A stretch of DNA of 64,000 nt from Octopus sinensis (Eukaryota): the NCBI RefSeq assembly GCF_006345805.1, contig NW_021833037.1, forward strand, positions 24,168-88,167, given 5' to 3'. Position numbers and translations under genes: made by a program. The first letter of the stretch is position 1. Each line of letters starts with the position of its first letter. This document shows positions 12,012-26,462 of this stretch, piece after piece. Below the pieces are notes generated by a model. It was given only the letters and a program-made list of their open reading frames with translations, ran no database searches and was not told where the DNA came from.

Positions 12012-14200
12012 ATATACTTTGATACTTTGATAGGTTTCGGCCATTATTGGCCCAGGCCATGTCTAACTTAATAGCACCACCTGGTGAAGTCTTTCAAGTC
12101 AGAATTTGGGCAGTATGGCCCACTCAAGTAGAGAGTTATTGTTTACAGAGACATATCCGGTGTAGGGGGTTTATCCGGGATTTCTTGAAGGAATCTGTCC
12201 AAAGACTTCTTGAACCCTATAGGGTCAGTTTCTGTTTTAATGTGTTTTGGTGTAATGTTAAAGAGAGCGGGGCCAATTGAGGTGAAATAATTGTGCCGTA
12301 TTGTTGTTATGAGATGAGAGTGCGATTTTTGTTTTGGGCGGATGGCACGGGGCCCAAGCCTTGGATGTACCTTAAAGGTGATGCCAACATCATTTGGGCA
12401 ATGCTGATGGAATATTTTCCACATCATTCAGATGATGTAGCGCTCACGACGACGTTGGAGAGAATAGAGTTTTAGCTTTTCTAGTCGACCCCAATAGTCG
12501 AGGCCTGTCATGCCATCTATCTCTTTTGTAATTGATCTTTGAGGTGCTTCAACTTCCATGATACTTTGTTACGCGTGGAGAGACCACCGTGGACAACAGT
12601 ATTCAAGGTGGGATCGGGGCAAAAGTGGAGAAGAGAAGGATAATGGCCTGAATATCTCTCGACTGGAAGGTTCTGAGAACCCAGGAACACATTCTGCGGG
12701 CCATGTCAACTTTGCTGTTTATATGAGCGGACCAGCTTATGATGTCCACAATTACTCCCAAGTCTCCGATGTTGTTGGATGCCATGAAAGTTTCACCTGA
12801 GGGAAGGGAGTATAGGGTTTTCAGGGTATTCTCTTTTCCGAAGTGGATTAACTCTCAAATGTGTCCTCGTTGAGCAGCATATTGTTTTTTTTCTGCCCAT
12901 TGGATAACAGCCAGTAGATCTGACTGAAGGCATGTCCGGTCACTCGCCTCATTTATGACCTTCTGTAGCTTGGAATCATCTGCAAAGATTTTTATGTTGC
13001 TGTGCTTGATGATGTCATTAATGTCATTAATGTAGATGATGAAAAGAAGTGGGCCCAGCACAGTGCCTTGCGGAACGCCACTACTGACTTTGGCTGGGCT
13101 TGATTTTACCCCTTCAACTACAACATGTTGAGATCTGTCTGTCAGGAAACACTTGATCCATTTCAGTAACTTTCCAGAGACACCAATGCTGGATAGTTTT
13201 TTCAATAGGATCTTGTGATCAATCCTGTCGAAGGCCTTACTGAAATCAAGGTAGATGACATCGGTGTTGGAGCCCTCTCCCAAAGCTCTCAAAATGTCAT
13301 CAAAGTGATGCAGGAGCTGCGTTAGGCAGTCCCTTCCATTACGGAACCCATGTTGGTTAGAGATCAGCCGTCTGTTGCTTTCCAGAAATTGGGTTATTCG
13401 AGATCTCACCACCCTCTCAAATACCTTGATGATATGAGAGGTGAGTGAGATCGGACGGTAGTTCACTGCAAGGGACTTGTTTCCTTTTTGAAAACTGGGA
13501 CAACAGACTGGGACAGAAGGTTTTTGGAATATAGCCAGCATCCAGTGAGTTTCTCCACAGATTAGCAAGGGGAGATGCAAGTTGGTGTCGACACACCTTC
13601 AGGACACAAGCAGGGAACCTATCGGGGCCTACTGCTGAATTGTGTTTTATTTCGTTTATCGCCGCTAAGACATCAGGGGCACTAAACGTTATGTCCGATA
13701 TAGTGTGTTGGGGGGTGACATCACTGATACAGCCCAGATCGGCCATATCAGGATTGCTGAAAACAGAGCAGTATTGTTTCTGCAGTATCTCGGCCATGGA
13801 TTTGGCATTATCTTGGAGAGTGCCAGTTTCATCAATTAGAGGGCCAACAATGGAGACAGTGACCCTGCGTTTCCTCGCAAATGAAAAGAACACTTTGGGG
13901 TTGAGTTTGATTTTTTCAATGGCCCACTTCTCCTCAGCTGATCTTTGGTTATTGATGAGGGTCTTCATGCATTGTTGGAGGTTATATTTTTTGGATTCAA
14001 GCAGTGCGATAGCCGTCGAATGTGTGTGTTGCTGTTGGCAGTACTTTAGTTTGTTAATTTTTTTGTTTGTTCTTTTTATTTTTCTGATAATAGTTTTTTC
14101 TGTTTTGGGGGATTCTGCACTTTTTGTTCACAGGTCTTGGTGGGGAGTGTTTTGCACATATATATTCGTTTTATTTTATTTACTGATTGATTTTTCAAAT
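12012..14200 (-). mobile_element. CR1-clade LINE, 5'-truncated, with (ATCAAAGT)n 3' tail
   Basis: NYRPISLTSH, QHGFR, YLDFSKAFD, GVPQGTVLGPLLF, FADD; 3' region near-identical to 18530-19050. Confidence 0.9.
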
Positions 14201-14982
14201 TGTTAATTTGCAAATATTATACTAATGTATTTTCATGCAGAACTAAGCCTTATCAAAACATTCCCTCCAAAAATGAATGTTTGGAATGGGTATATTCTAA
14301 ATATAACACAAAGAGGAGAAAAAGAAAGAAAGGAGGAATAAAGAAGAGGATAAGAAAGAAAGCAAAAAAGACTTTCAGTGATGACCAAACCACACCTGTT
14401 TTTATTTTAAATTTTTATTTATTTTTTTAAGACGTCACCATCCTTAAATTCTTTCCAATACAATGGTAAAAGGAAAACTAATTAAATAAATGAATGAATG
14501 GTGAATAGGAAGGTGGATACCCCTTCTCTCTCTCTTACCTTCTACTCATCTATCTATCTATCTATCTATCTATCTGACTATCTATATAACTAACTATATA
14601 TCTATATATCTATCAATCTATCTATCAGCCTATCTACCTACCTATATTTCTATCTATCCATCTCCATTGTCTTGGAACCTCACCCAAAAAACAAAAACAA
14701 TGTTCTCTTCTAAACAAAACCCAAAAAAACATCTGTTTTATATAAATGAACAAGCTGTTTGTACATTCACAAAATTGTATTTGACAAGTTCTAGAGAAGA
14801 ACGAAAGCGTTAATAATAATGAAGAAATAAAAGGATCTTTTTCCAAAATTCTGGCGATTTTTTTTCTCGATATTCAATTCAGTACATCACACCTGACACT
14901 CTATACATGTCCGGCATTCGCCATGATAGATCTCTAGCCACTACACATTCTATACTTTCTCTCCCTGTTCATTTCTGTGTTC

Positions 14983-15018
14983 CTTTCTGTCGAAGAGCGT
15001 AGGCTCGAAACGTTAAAG
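14983..15018 (+). ncRNA. Variant minimal hammerhead motif in a Penelope-LTR-like repeat
   Basis: CTTT-CTGTCGA-A-GAGCgtagGCTC-GAAACGTT-AAAG; conserved A6 is replaced by T. Confidence 0.45.
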
Positions 15019-15127
15019 ACTTTTTCACTTCCAGACCGTTATACTAATACATCTGTTTTTTGTCTACACCACCTGTCTTCGTCTTTTGTTTTTTTGTGAA
15101 CTCTCCCTCATATATATATATATATAG

Positions 15128-15177
<50 letters not shown>

Positions 15178-15193
15178 AGAGAGAGAGATAGAG

Positions 15194-15244
<51 letters not shown>

Positions 15245-15319
15245 CAGATAAATGTAGTTTAACGCAGGTATAATTCAAATACTTTTACTTCCGACACATG
15301 TTAACAAGGAAATACACAC

Positions 15320-15399
<80 letters not shown>

Positions 15400-15402
15400 C
15401 AA

Positions 15403-15986
15403 TTAAGGACAACTTCTTAATAAGGAAAACTTAACAAGAAATTATCGGGTAGATAGCGTGAAAGACCTCATAAGAGAAAAAATTTCGAAAATAATTATTT
15501 CTTATTGAACATATTAATTTATATATAGAGGGCATTATTATACATACATGCCACACGCTAAGAGGGACAAAATTAGTCATTTCTACCAAAAATTTTACTA
15601 ATCCCACCGAATGCAATTTTCAAAGTAAGACATTTAAAAATATGGACTTGTATCACCTGTGATTTCATACCTCTGTATTCATCAGCAAGCCTGGACGTAT
15701 CATAAATAAACGACCCTACCTCGTCTAAGCCGAGCAGCTAACTGATCAACATCAACGAAGCACATGGGTGAGTTTACATATATTACATCCGGTAAATGGC
15801 AGACTTTTACGAATTGCATTTTGTCCCTCTTAGCGTGTGGCATGTATGTATAATAATGCCTCTATATATAAATAATATGTTCAATAAGAAAGAATTATTT
15901 TCGAAATTTTTTCTCTTATGAGGTCTTTCACGCTATCTACCCGATAATTTCTTGTTAAGTTTTCCTTATTAAGAAGTTGTCCTTAA
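15403..15986. mobile_element. Non-autonomous DNA transposon with ~165-bp terminal inverted repeats (Kolobok-like ends)
   Basis: TTAA|GGACAACTTCTTAATAAGG...CCTTATTAAGAAGTTGTCC|TTAA; arms ~15407-15570 and ~15820-15982; no ORF. Confidence 0.75.
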
Positions 15987-16001
15987 TATAATAATGCCCT
16001 C

Positions 16002-16039
<38 letters not shown>

Positions 16040-16040
<1 letters not shown>

Positions 16041-18446
16041 ATAATGTTAATGTGATGCCGTCAATGATCTCGGATCACAACATAATAGACCTGTCTATGT
16101 ATGGACCAAAAGCCCCCGTAGACACACAGCCTATACGAAGCATCCACCATATCTCGCCAACTTTCATAAAGCAAACTAGAAGTTGATTGAGAAAGAGATC
16201 CTCAAACAGGATTGGCCTAAATGTCTCTCCACACCGGACATTAACATGAAACACAAACACTTCATGTCCATAATACAACCCATATGTGACAAATATGTCC
16301 CAGTGTGCAGGGCCAGCACACACAAAAACAAAAACAAAAACAGGATCCCTAGAGAAAGGAAGATTCTTATGAGACGACGGACAAGGATTGCGAACCGCCT
16401 GAGCAAGCACACCAAATGTGGTGAGAAGTCTCGGCTTGAGAGAATGCTAATGGAAATTGAGAAAAGTCTGCATCAGTCCCATGAAAAGGAGAGAGCAGAT
16501 AAAGAAGCTTGGGTAATAGAAAATATAAAATCAAACCCTAAAGCTTTCTTTAAGTTTGCCAAAGAAACAGCCACAGTGCACCAGAGAATAGGACCTCTCT
16601 TCCAAAAAGATGGCTCTCTCACAGGAAATCCCACGAGGATAAGTGAAATACTGAACGAACAATTCCAAAGTGTGTTCACTACACCTCTAGGACACAGGCA
16701 AGTAAACAACCCAGAAGAATTCTTTGCCACTTTACCTGCGGCCAAAGAGGCAAAAATTGAGTACATCAACATCGAAGATGATGATATCACACTAGCCATA
16801 GATGAGATTGACACAAACTCAGCTGCTGGACCTGATGGATTCCCAGCGATCCTTCTCAAATCGTGCAAACGAGCCCTTGCAAAACCGCTACAGCTTCTTT
16901 TTCAGAGCTTTCTTGCAAGTGGTAAGCTCCCAGTCAAATTGAAAGAGGGGGTAATATGCCCTATCCATAAGGGAGGTAGCAGAGCAGATGCTAAAAATTA
17001 TAGGCCTATCTCTCTGACCTCACACATCAGCAAAGTCATGGAACGAATAGTCCGTAAGTAACTAATCATGTTCCTTGAAAAAAATGACTTGCTGTCTGAC
17101 ACCCAGCATGGATTTCGACCAGGTAGAAGCTGCTATGACTGGGTGTTGAAACAGCTACTAAATAGCTCAAATGTGGATGTAATATATCTCGACTTTGCAA
17201 AAGCCTTTGATAAAGGAGACCATGGTATGATCTGTCACAAACTGCGTGGTCTCGGCATAGGCGGAAAACTTGGAGAGTGGCTGCACAACTTCCTAAAAGA
17301 CAGAAAACAGGCAGTTGTGAGCAATGGAGCTACTCCAAGGAAACGCAAATAACAAGCAGTGTCCCACAGGGCACTGTCTTGGGGCTACTGATGTTCATAG
17401 TGGCCCTTTCAGACATGCCTTCAGTTGCTACGATGGCCACCCTTGCTAGCTATGCAGATGACACAAAAGTCTCCCACACAATACAAAGCCCTGACAATAT
17501 TGCGCATCTGCAACAGGAGTTGGACACAATATACAGGTGGGCTGAGGACAACAACATGCAGTTTAATGCAGGTAAGTTCCAGGCCCTGCGCTACCGGCAC
17601 ACAAAGGTAAACGATGTGCAGACTGGATACACTGGTCCAGGAAGAATTGCAATCCCTGAGTCAAAATCAGTGCGTGACCTGGGCATTGACATGAGCAATG
17701 ATGCATCTTTCCAAGTGCATATTACTAATCTGGTGATAAAATGCAGACGGCTAGCTGGATGGATTCTCCGAACTTTCAGAACAAGAGAGAAGGAGACACT
17801 GATGGTCCTATGGAAAACATTCGTCCTCATCCGCTTGGACTACTGCTCCCAACTATGGTCGCCACACAATATAAAACTAACAGCAGAACTCGAGGCAGTT
17901 CAGAGAAGCTACACAAAGAAAATCTTCTCAGTGCAAAATATCAGCTACTGGGAAAGACTGAAAGTATTAAACCTCTTCTCCCTAGAGCGGAGGCGGTAGA
18001 GATATGCGGTGATATACATCTGGAAAATCCTGGAGGGTCTTGTCCCAAACTTTGGCATTCAAAGTTACCCCAACCGCAGTACGGGGCGCCACTGCATGGT
18101 GCCAAGGATTCCAACATCACCATCAAAATACAGGTCCAGATACTGCAACAGCTTGGGTTTCATCGGACCACAGCTCTTTAACATCCTCCCTAAATGCCTG
18201 AGAGACTTACATGGTGTGGATATGGGTTTCTTTAAAACTACACTGGATCTCTTCTTGTCGGGAGTCCCAGATGAACCTACCTCACGACAGGAGACGCAGA
18301 TGCGGGCAGCAGCATCGAACTCCATTGTTGATCAAGTGCTACGTATCAGAGGTGGATTCACATATTAGTGTAGCTCATTCAGCGGTGATGCCCCAGCATG
18401 GCCGCGGCCTTCGGGCTAAAACATTTTTAAGGATTTAAGGATTTAT
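16040..18446 (+). mobile_element. CR1-clade LINE (second family), 5'-truncated, with (AAGGATTT)n tail
   Basis: ORFs 16183-17061, 17068-17352, 17277-17999 and 18009-18368 join into one RT: AGPDG, NYRPISLTSH, YLDFAKAFD, SVPQGTVLG, YADD; flanked by (TA)n. Confidence 0.92.
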
Positions 18447-18460
18447 ATATATATATATAT

Positions 18461-19048
18461 TGAATACTGTTGTCCACTGTGGTCTCCCCACACAATACAA
18501 GGTATCATAAAAGTTGAAGCACCTCAAAGGGCAATCACAAAAAAGATAGATGGCATGACAGGCCTCGACTATTGGGGTCGACTGGAAAGGCTAAAACTCT
18601 ATTCTCTCCAACGTCGTCGTGAGCGCTACATCATCTGCATGATGTGGAAAATATTCCATCAGCATTGCCCAAATGATGTTGGCATCACCTTTAAGGTACA
18701 TCCAAGGCTTGGGCCCCGTGCCATCCGCCCAAAACAAAAATCGCACTCTCATCTCATAACAACAATACGGCACAATTATTTCACCTCAATTGGCCCCGCT
18801 CTCTTTAACATTACACCAAAACACATTAAAACAGAAACTGACCCTATAGGGTTCAAGAAGTCTTTGGACAGATTCCTTCAAGAAATCCCGGATAAACCCC
18901 TACACCCGGATATGTCTCTGTAAACAATAACTCTCTACTTGAGTGGGCCATACTGCCCAAATTCTGACTTGAAAGACTTCACCAGGTGGTGCTATTAAGT
19001 TAGACATGGCCTGGGCCAATAATGGCCGAAACCTATCAAAGTATCAAA

Positions 19049-19050
<2 letters not shown>
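18461..19050 (+). mobile_element. 3' fragment of the CR1 family seen at 12012-14200
   Basis: ORF ...RLKLYSLQRRRERY...; tail GAAACCTATCAAAGTATCAAAGT running into (TA)n. Confidence 0.9.
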
Positions 19051-19094
<44 letters not shown>

Positions 19095-19097
<3 letters not shown>

Positions 19098-19308
19098 CAT
19101 AAAAGACCCCCTTCGGTCATGAATGACCATGGGATTGCACCTAGAAAGTTACCCTCCTAGACACAAGTCCGGGCAAGGTTGTTTATGGAAGACCAGCAGT
19201 CGCCCATGCATACCAGCCTCCCCTCTCCACGCCACCAGTGTTATCCAAGGGAAAGACAAAGTCGATACAGCTTGGCACCAGTGACGTCGCAACTCATTTC
19301 TACAGCTG
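19095..19308 (-). mobile_element. SINE body without head
   Basis: Near-identical to 23850-24055. Confidence 0.8.
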
Positions 19309-19479
19309 CGTACATATATATGAATGTATGTATATATAATATGTATATATATATTAGGGAATAATAAATATTATTCCAAATATATTTTTTTAATATTTAA
19401 TTTTTTTCTATATGGTATAATTTAATTATATCATTGTTATTTCATTGTTGAATTGATAAAAGGTGGTGTTTCTCAAATT

Positions 19480-19484
19480 TATTT

Positions 19485-19550
<66 letters not shown>

Positions 19551-19683
19551 TATATATATATGTATATATATATATATATGTAATATATATATGTATATAT
19601 ATATGTATATATATATAATATGTATATATATATATACATATACATATACATATACATGCATACATACATACATATATAATATA

Positions 19684-19719
<36 letters not shown>

Positions 19720-20003
19720 TGTATGTATGTATGTATGTATGTATGCATGTATGTATGTATGTGTGTGTGTAATATATTTATATGCATATATAAGGATAAA
19801 ATCTGTATAAGATTTATCAAGTAGCCAGCGTGAAAAACAAATTTAGGAAAAAATTAATATAAAGTATATAATTTTTCTTAAATATAAATACCTTAATAAA
19901 TTAAAGGCTATTACTATGAGTAACGCCTTGCATTACTTATACTAACAGCGTTTAAAATAATAATAGATAGATAAATAGATATATACATACATACATACAT
20001 ACA

Positions 20004-20036
<33 letters not shown>

Positions 20037-20153
20037 GCATATGTATGCACATATATATTCATATTTAATCTATATATACACACATAAATACACAGACACA
20101 CAAACACACACACAACACACACACACACACATACATACATACATATATATATA

Positions 20154-20220
<67 letters not shown>

Positions 20221-20235
20221 ATATACATATATATA
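19480..20235. repeat. (TA)n/(TATG)n/(CATA)n/(CA)n microsatellite clusters
   Basis: Direct reading of the sequence. Confidence 0.9.
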
Positions 20236-20304
20236 TCTTTTAAATTATTTATGGTAACGTTAATGGTATGCAAATATAACTCCTTTTACCTTATGGCGGC
20301 TAAC

Positions 20305-22009
<1,705 letters not shown>

Positions 22010-22106
22010 TAATACATATATATATATATCCATATATATATATATATTATATTATATATATATATATTATATCAATACACATCCATATATATATACATAT
22101 ATATAT

Positions 22107-22144
<38 letters not shown>

Positions 22145-22151
22145 TATTTAA

Positions 22152-23668
22152 CTATATATATATATATATAAAGTTGTAGCCTCTGTCTGTCTGTTAGTTA
22201 TCGAACTCCTTCGGTTTTGGAGAAAGACCCCACCCATAACCTTATATATTCTGAAACAACATTACCCAGGTTACTTGGATAAGTATATTTCATTTTCATT
22301 GAAGGGATCTTCGGGGTGCACAAACCCACCACTGAAAAAGTTTTTCCAATTAATTTAAATGAAAATTTAAGCCATAGGTAAATGAACAGAAATTATGCCT
22401 ATTCCCAAAATATCAGGGAATTTCTATAATATTAAGACGCCCTAATGGGACTAAACCCCCTTATATAGCAAATTCTGGAAGCCCATAACTTGAGTATTTG
22501 AACCTTTATTATCACGGGGCTTTTCTATTAATTAAACATAAAACAATAAAATTGCCTCTCTTTTATAGAATTCTGCAAATTTACATATTTTATCCATGAC
22601 AAATCATCACTAGAATTATGGCAAGAAAAAGTATTAGTGAATGCCTCTACTCTTTTAACATTTTCTTTTTATTAATTTTTCTTCAGACACCCATTATACC
22701 ACGGAAAAGGAAGTCTCCTTATGCAAATACTCTACATGCACAAATGATAAAGCTTCGTCGTCAATCTGAAAGCTGTAATGTAAAGGAAGAACAACTTTCT
22801 AGGCAAAGCCAAAGACAAAGAGAGTCTCGCCAATCTGAAAGCGGTGCTGCAAAGGACGAACGACTTTCTCGACAAAGACAGAGGCAAACAGAGTCTCGAC
22901 AAAATGGAAACTTTGGTGAGCATCAAGAAAGACAGAAGCAAGATATATTTCGCTATATATTTGCAAAAAGAAATGAGTCTGAAGAAGAGACACAACAGCA
23001 TTTGATTTTTCATAGAAATAGGTATCAAAATTTAAGACAACGTGAGATTCAAAATGCTAAACATTCTGCATTGCTGTATGATAGAATGACCCACATAACA
23101 AGGCTGCAATTGGAGAGATGACCAAACTTTGTGGCGCTATGAAATTTACTGGAGAATCTCCAGGAATGTGCAGTGGAAATGGAAAAGTTACAGGTGAAAA
23201 TTAATTCAGCAATCACTTTTTGTCAAAGAGAGTATCTCTCTTTGCCTTGAACAGCTTTGATCACAAAGGTGCACCTGTCCAAGGTTTGAATCCATCTGTG
23301 AGAATCCAAGGTCAAATCTACCATCATTTCGGGGAAATAAACGTGACAAGGAAGATCATGCGGGAACATGTTTGGTGTTTTAATGCACCAACAGGGGTTG
23401 AAGTTGCAATTTTAATATGAAATTAACCTACATAAAATAGAGATATTGTTCTTCATTTGAAAAAAGGTGGATTGAGAATTTCAGAGTTACGTCGATCCTG
23501 TGATGTTTTGATGTATCCAATGTCTTTTTCCATATGGAACAGACGGCTACCACATATATTTCCAAGGGAGAAATTACCACCAAGGAATAGTGAAATAACA
23601 CGATTGGAGGATTTTGCGACTCCCCAATTTTACTATTTAATCCCGAGCGACGCCGGGTATGCCTGCTA

Positions 23669-23669
<1 letters not shown>
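22152..23669 (+). mobile_element. Non-autonomous, internally deleted Helitron
   Basis: Rep N-terminal remnants (CGAMKFTGESPGMCSGNGKV; SLFA...RIQGQIYH; RISELRRSCDVLMYP); 3' hairpin CCCGAGCGACGCCGGG followed by CTAG|T. Confidence 0.8.
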
Positions 23670-23721
<52 letters not shown>

Positions 23722-23734
23722 TATACATATATAT

Positions 23735-23816
<82 letters not shown>

Positions 23817-23842
23817 TTATAATAATAATAATAATAATAAAG

Positions 23843-24178
23843 GGGGTAAAGACCCCCTTCGGTCATGGATGACCATGGGATTGCACCTAGAAAGTTACCC
23901 TCCTGGACACAAGTCGGGCAAGGTTGTTTATGGAAGACCAGCAGTCGCCCATGCATACCAACCTCCCCTCTCCACGCCACCAGTGTTATCCAAGGGAAAG
24001 ACAAAGGTCGATACAGCTTGGCACCTGTGACGTCGCAACTCGTTTCTACAGCTGAGTGAACTGGAGCAACGTGAAATAAAGTGCTTTGCTCAAGAACACA
24101 GCACGCAGCCCGGTCAGGGATTCGAGCACACAACCTCACGATCATAAGCTCGACGCTCTAACCACTGAGCCATGCGCC
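23843..24178 (-). mobile_element. Full tRNA-derived SINE
   Basis: Minus strand: A box TGGCTCAGTGG, B-box-like GCTCGAATCCC, body, (TTA)n tail. Confidence 0.85.
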
Positions 24179-24203
24179 AATAATAATAATAATAATAATA
24201 ATA

Positions 24204-24876
24204 AGTGGAGTATAAATTAAGACATGACAGAGTTGGCCAATATCTCCACTGGCTAATAAGTCGGCATTACAATATCAAAACTGCCGACAAGTGGTATAAT
24301 CACTACCCTGAGGCTGTAACTGAAGGAGAAAATGTAACTATTCTGTGGGACTTTCCAGTACATACAGACCGAACCATCAAGGCCAATAAACCAGATATTG
24401 TTGTGAAAGACCAAAACAATAAAGTTTGCTTATTGATCGACATGAGCATCCCCTGTGATCATAATATCTCAGCGAAAGAGTTTGACAAGCTCAGAAAATA
24501 TAAAGACCTACCCATTGAAATTGAGAAAATGTGGCATCTCAAGGCAGTTACAATACCAGTGATCGTAGGAGCACTAGGAATGATCAAGAAGGGAACCGAA
24601 AATTATATGAGAATGATCCCTGGCTTACCATCCCTGCAAGAAGTGCAAAAGATTGTCTTAACTGGTACATCACACGTATTGAGAAGAGCATTGTTGATGT
24701 GAGAACTGTTGCTGCTCATGTATTTTAATTTAACTTAAAAAAAAAAAAAACAAAATGAACGAACTACTGAGTTTGGTTTAATGGCCTACCAATGTATACT
24801 ATGAGTTTCTTTGCCCTAGGAGTCGGGAAGACACTCGGCAAGAAATGGAAGCAAATTTGAAAGAAGAAAAAAAAAA
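24204..24876 (+). mobile_element. R4/Dong-clade LINE family B, 3' fragment (restriction-like endonuclease) in (AAT)n
   Basis: RHD, KPDIV, IDM...K..KY motifs; 3' UTR matches 43050-43216; (AAT)n on both sides. Confidence 0.9.
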
Positions 24877-24902
24877 TAATAATAATAATAATGATAATAA
24901 TG

Positions 24903-24962
<60 letters not shown>

Positions 24963-25221
24963 CACTTTGCATTGTTGTAGCTTTTGAATGATGCCATCCC
25001 ACTGGCTAAGTGAGGTGGCCAACATTCCCTTTGATTGGAAGGTTGTTCTGTCACAGGGTTATTCATTTACAGCTGAATGCACGAGGACAGTGTGAAATTA
25101 AATGTTCTGCTCAAGGACACAACGCGTCGCTTGGCCATGAACTAGCCATCTTGAGTGCAAAGACCCTATGCCACGCGCCTCCAGGCACAACTGCACTCAC
25201 ACACACACAAACACATATATA

Positions 25222-25458
25222 TTGGGTTGGTGCATAAATATTGCAGCTTTTACTCAACAAAAACAATAACAAAATTTAACAAAAACATCTTTAAATGATT
25301 ATTCTGGAGCATATTCACCATCTACTTCAATTACTGCTTCCCATTTGCTTGGCAGCCGGTCAGACCATCATTTAAAGTTGTTTTTGTTAAATATTGTTAT
25401 TGTTTTTGTTGAATAAAATTTGTTGAAAAACAACCGCAATAATTATGCACCAACCCAA
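25222..25458. mobile_element. Mariner-derived MITE
   Basis: TA|TTGGGTTGGTGCATAA...TTATGCACCAACCCAA|TA; internal minus-strand remnant LPSKWEAVIEVDGEY typical of a mariner C-terminus. Confidence 0.85.
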
Positions 25459-25644
25459 TATATACATGTACATGTCTGTAGGCTGACCAAAATATTTTCG
25501 TGGGATGTGACCAAATGAGATTTATTTTTCAACATGCACCCTCCCCCACCCTAGTTTAGTATTCAGAATATTCTCAAAACTTCTGAAAGGCACAATAGCA
25601 ACACCTATACACAAAAGGAGGGCTGAAGCTAAAAATTACAGATT

Positions 25645-25835
25645 TTACAGTTCTATATTTAAGTGATGAGGAATTATGTACACTATTTACATTATTTACA
25701 TTTGACGGATATTTGTCCTCATCTTGTTTGTTGTTAACATTTCGGCTGATATACCTTCCAGCCTTCATCAAGTGTCTTGGGGAAATTGCGAACCTGGGAT
25801 CTCATTGCTAAGGTATTTTTTGATGTTATTATCAT
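25645..25835 (-). mobile_element. Repeat tail carrying a degenerate hammerhead motif
   Basis: Minus strand ACAC-TTGATGA-A-GGCTG-gaaggtatat-CAGCC-GAAA (25775-25740); stem III and cleavage site absent. Confidence 0.55.
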
Positions 25836-25871
25836 TAATATTGCTATTATTAGTGTTAATATTATTATTAT

Positions 25872-26290
25872 TGAGTGAGAGAGCGGTGCATGCCATCAAA
25901 GTGACACTGGGGTAAAATATACGAAGCCCAGTATACCCATCAGGACTAACCGTCTGATAAGGGTACACCAGGAACACGCATCACAACCATATGTGTGTGA
26001 CATGGTGATCTCATATCACGATAAACAGCACATGACCTTGCAGGCGGGGCCCAATTAGAATTGAGTAACCCATCCCGCTCAAAAGGTCCCTGAATAAGGA
26101 TTTGTTTAAGGATGTTGACCGAACCACCCATGTTTCCAAAGGTGAATTATCCAAACCTCTTAGAATTATTTTCAACACATGGCTATGATGTTCCCCCACG
26201 ACTTCTACTCGTGATCAGAGATGCACATATCGTCAGCCACTAAGGGACATGGTCAACTGGTTAAGGTCAAACAACTGACAATTTTAGGAC
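25872..26290 (-). mobile_element. Dispersed retroposon-like repeat ending in (AAT)n
   Basis: Second copy at 56342-56460 with the same (ATT)n-GAGTGAGAG junction. Confidence 0.6.
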
Positions 26291-26462
26291 ACTAACACTA
26301 TGAAAAACGTGGAAATTTTACCGGTGAGTGTGTTACATAATAAGGCACAAAAAGAAAATGACTCTCCCCAGACACAATAGAATATACTTCAACACACGAA
26401 CTCATATAAAGAATCTTGCAAACCAAATCCAAAAGCGAAACATTATTTGTATTATTATTATT

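Noticed and set aside
24965-25075. Similarity to 57072-57172 as an extension of the segmental duplication
   Set aside because: It is short, more divergent and flanked by unrelated sequence; more likely a dispersed repeat.
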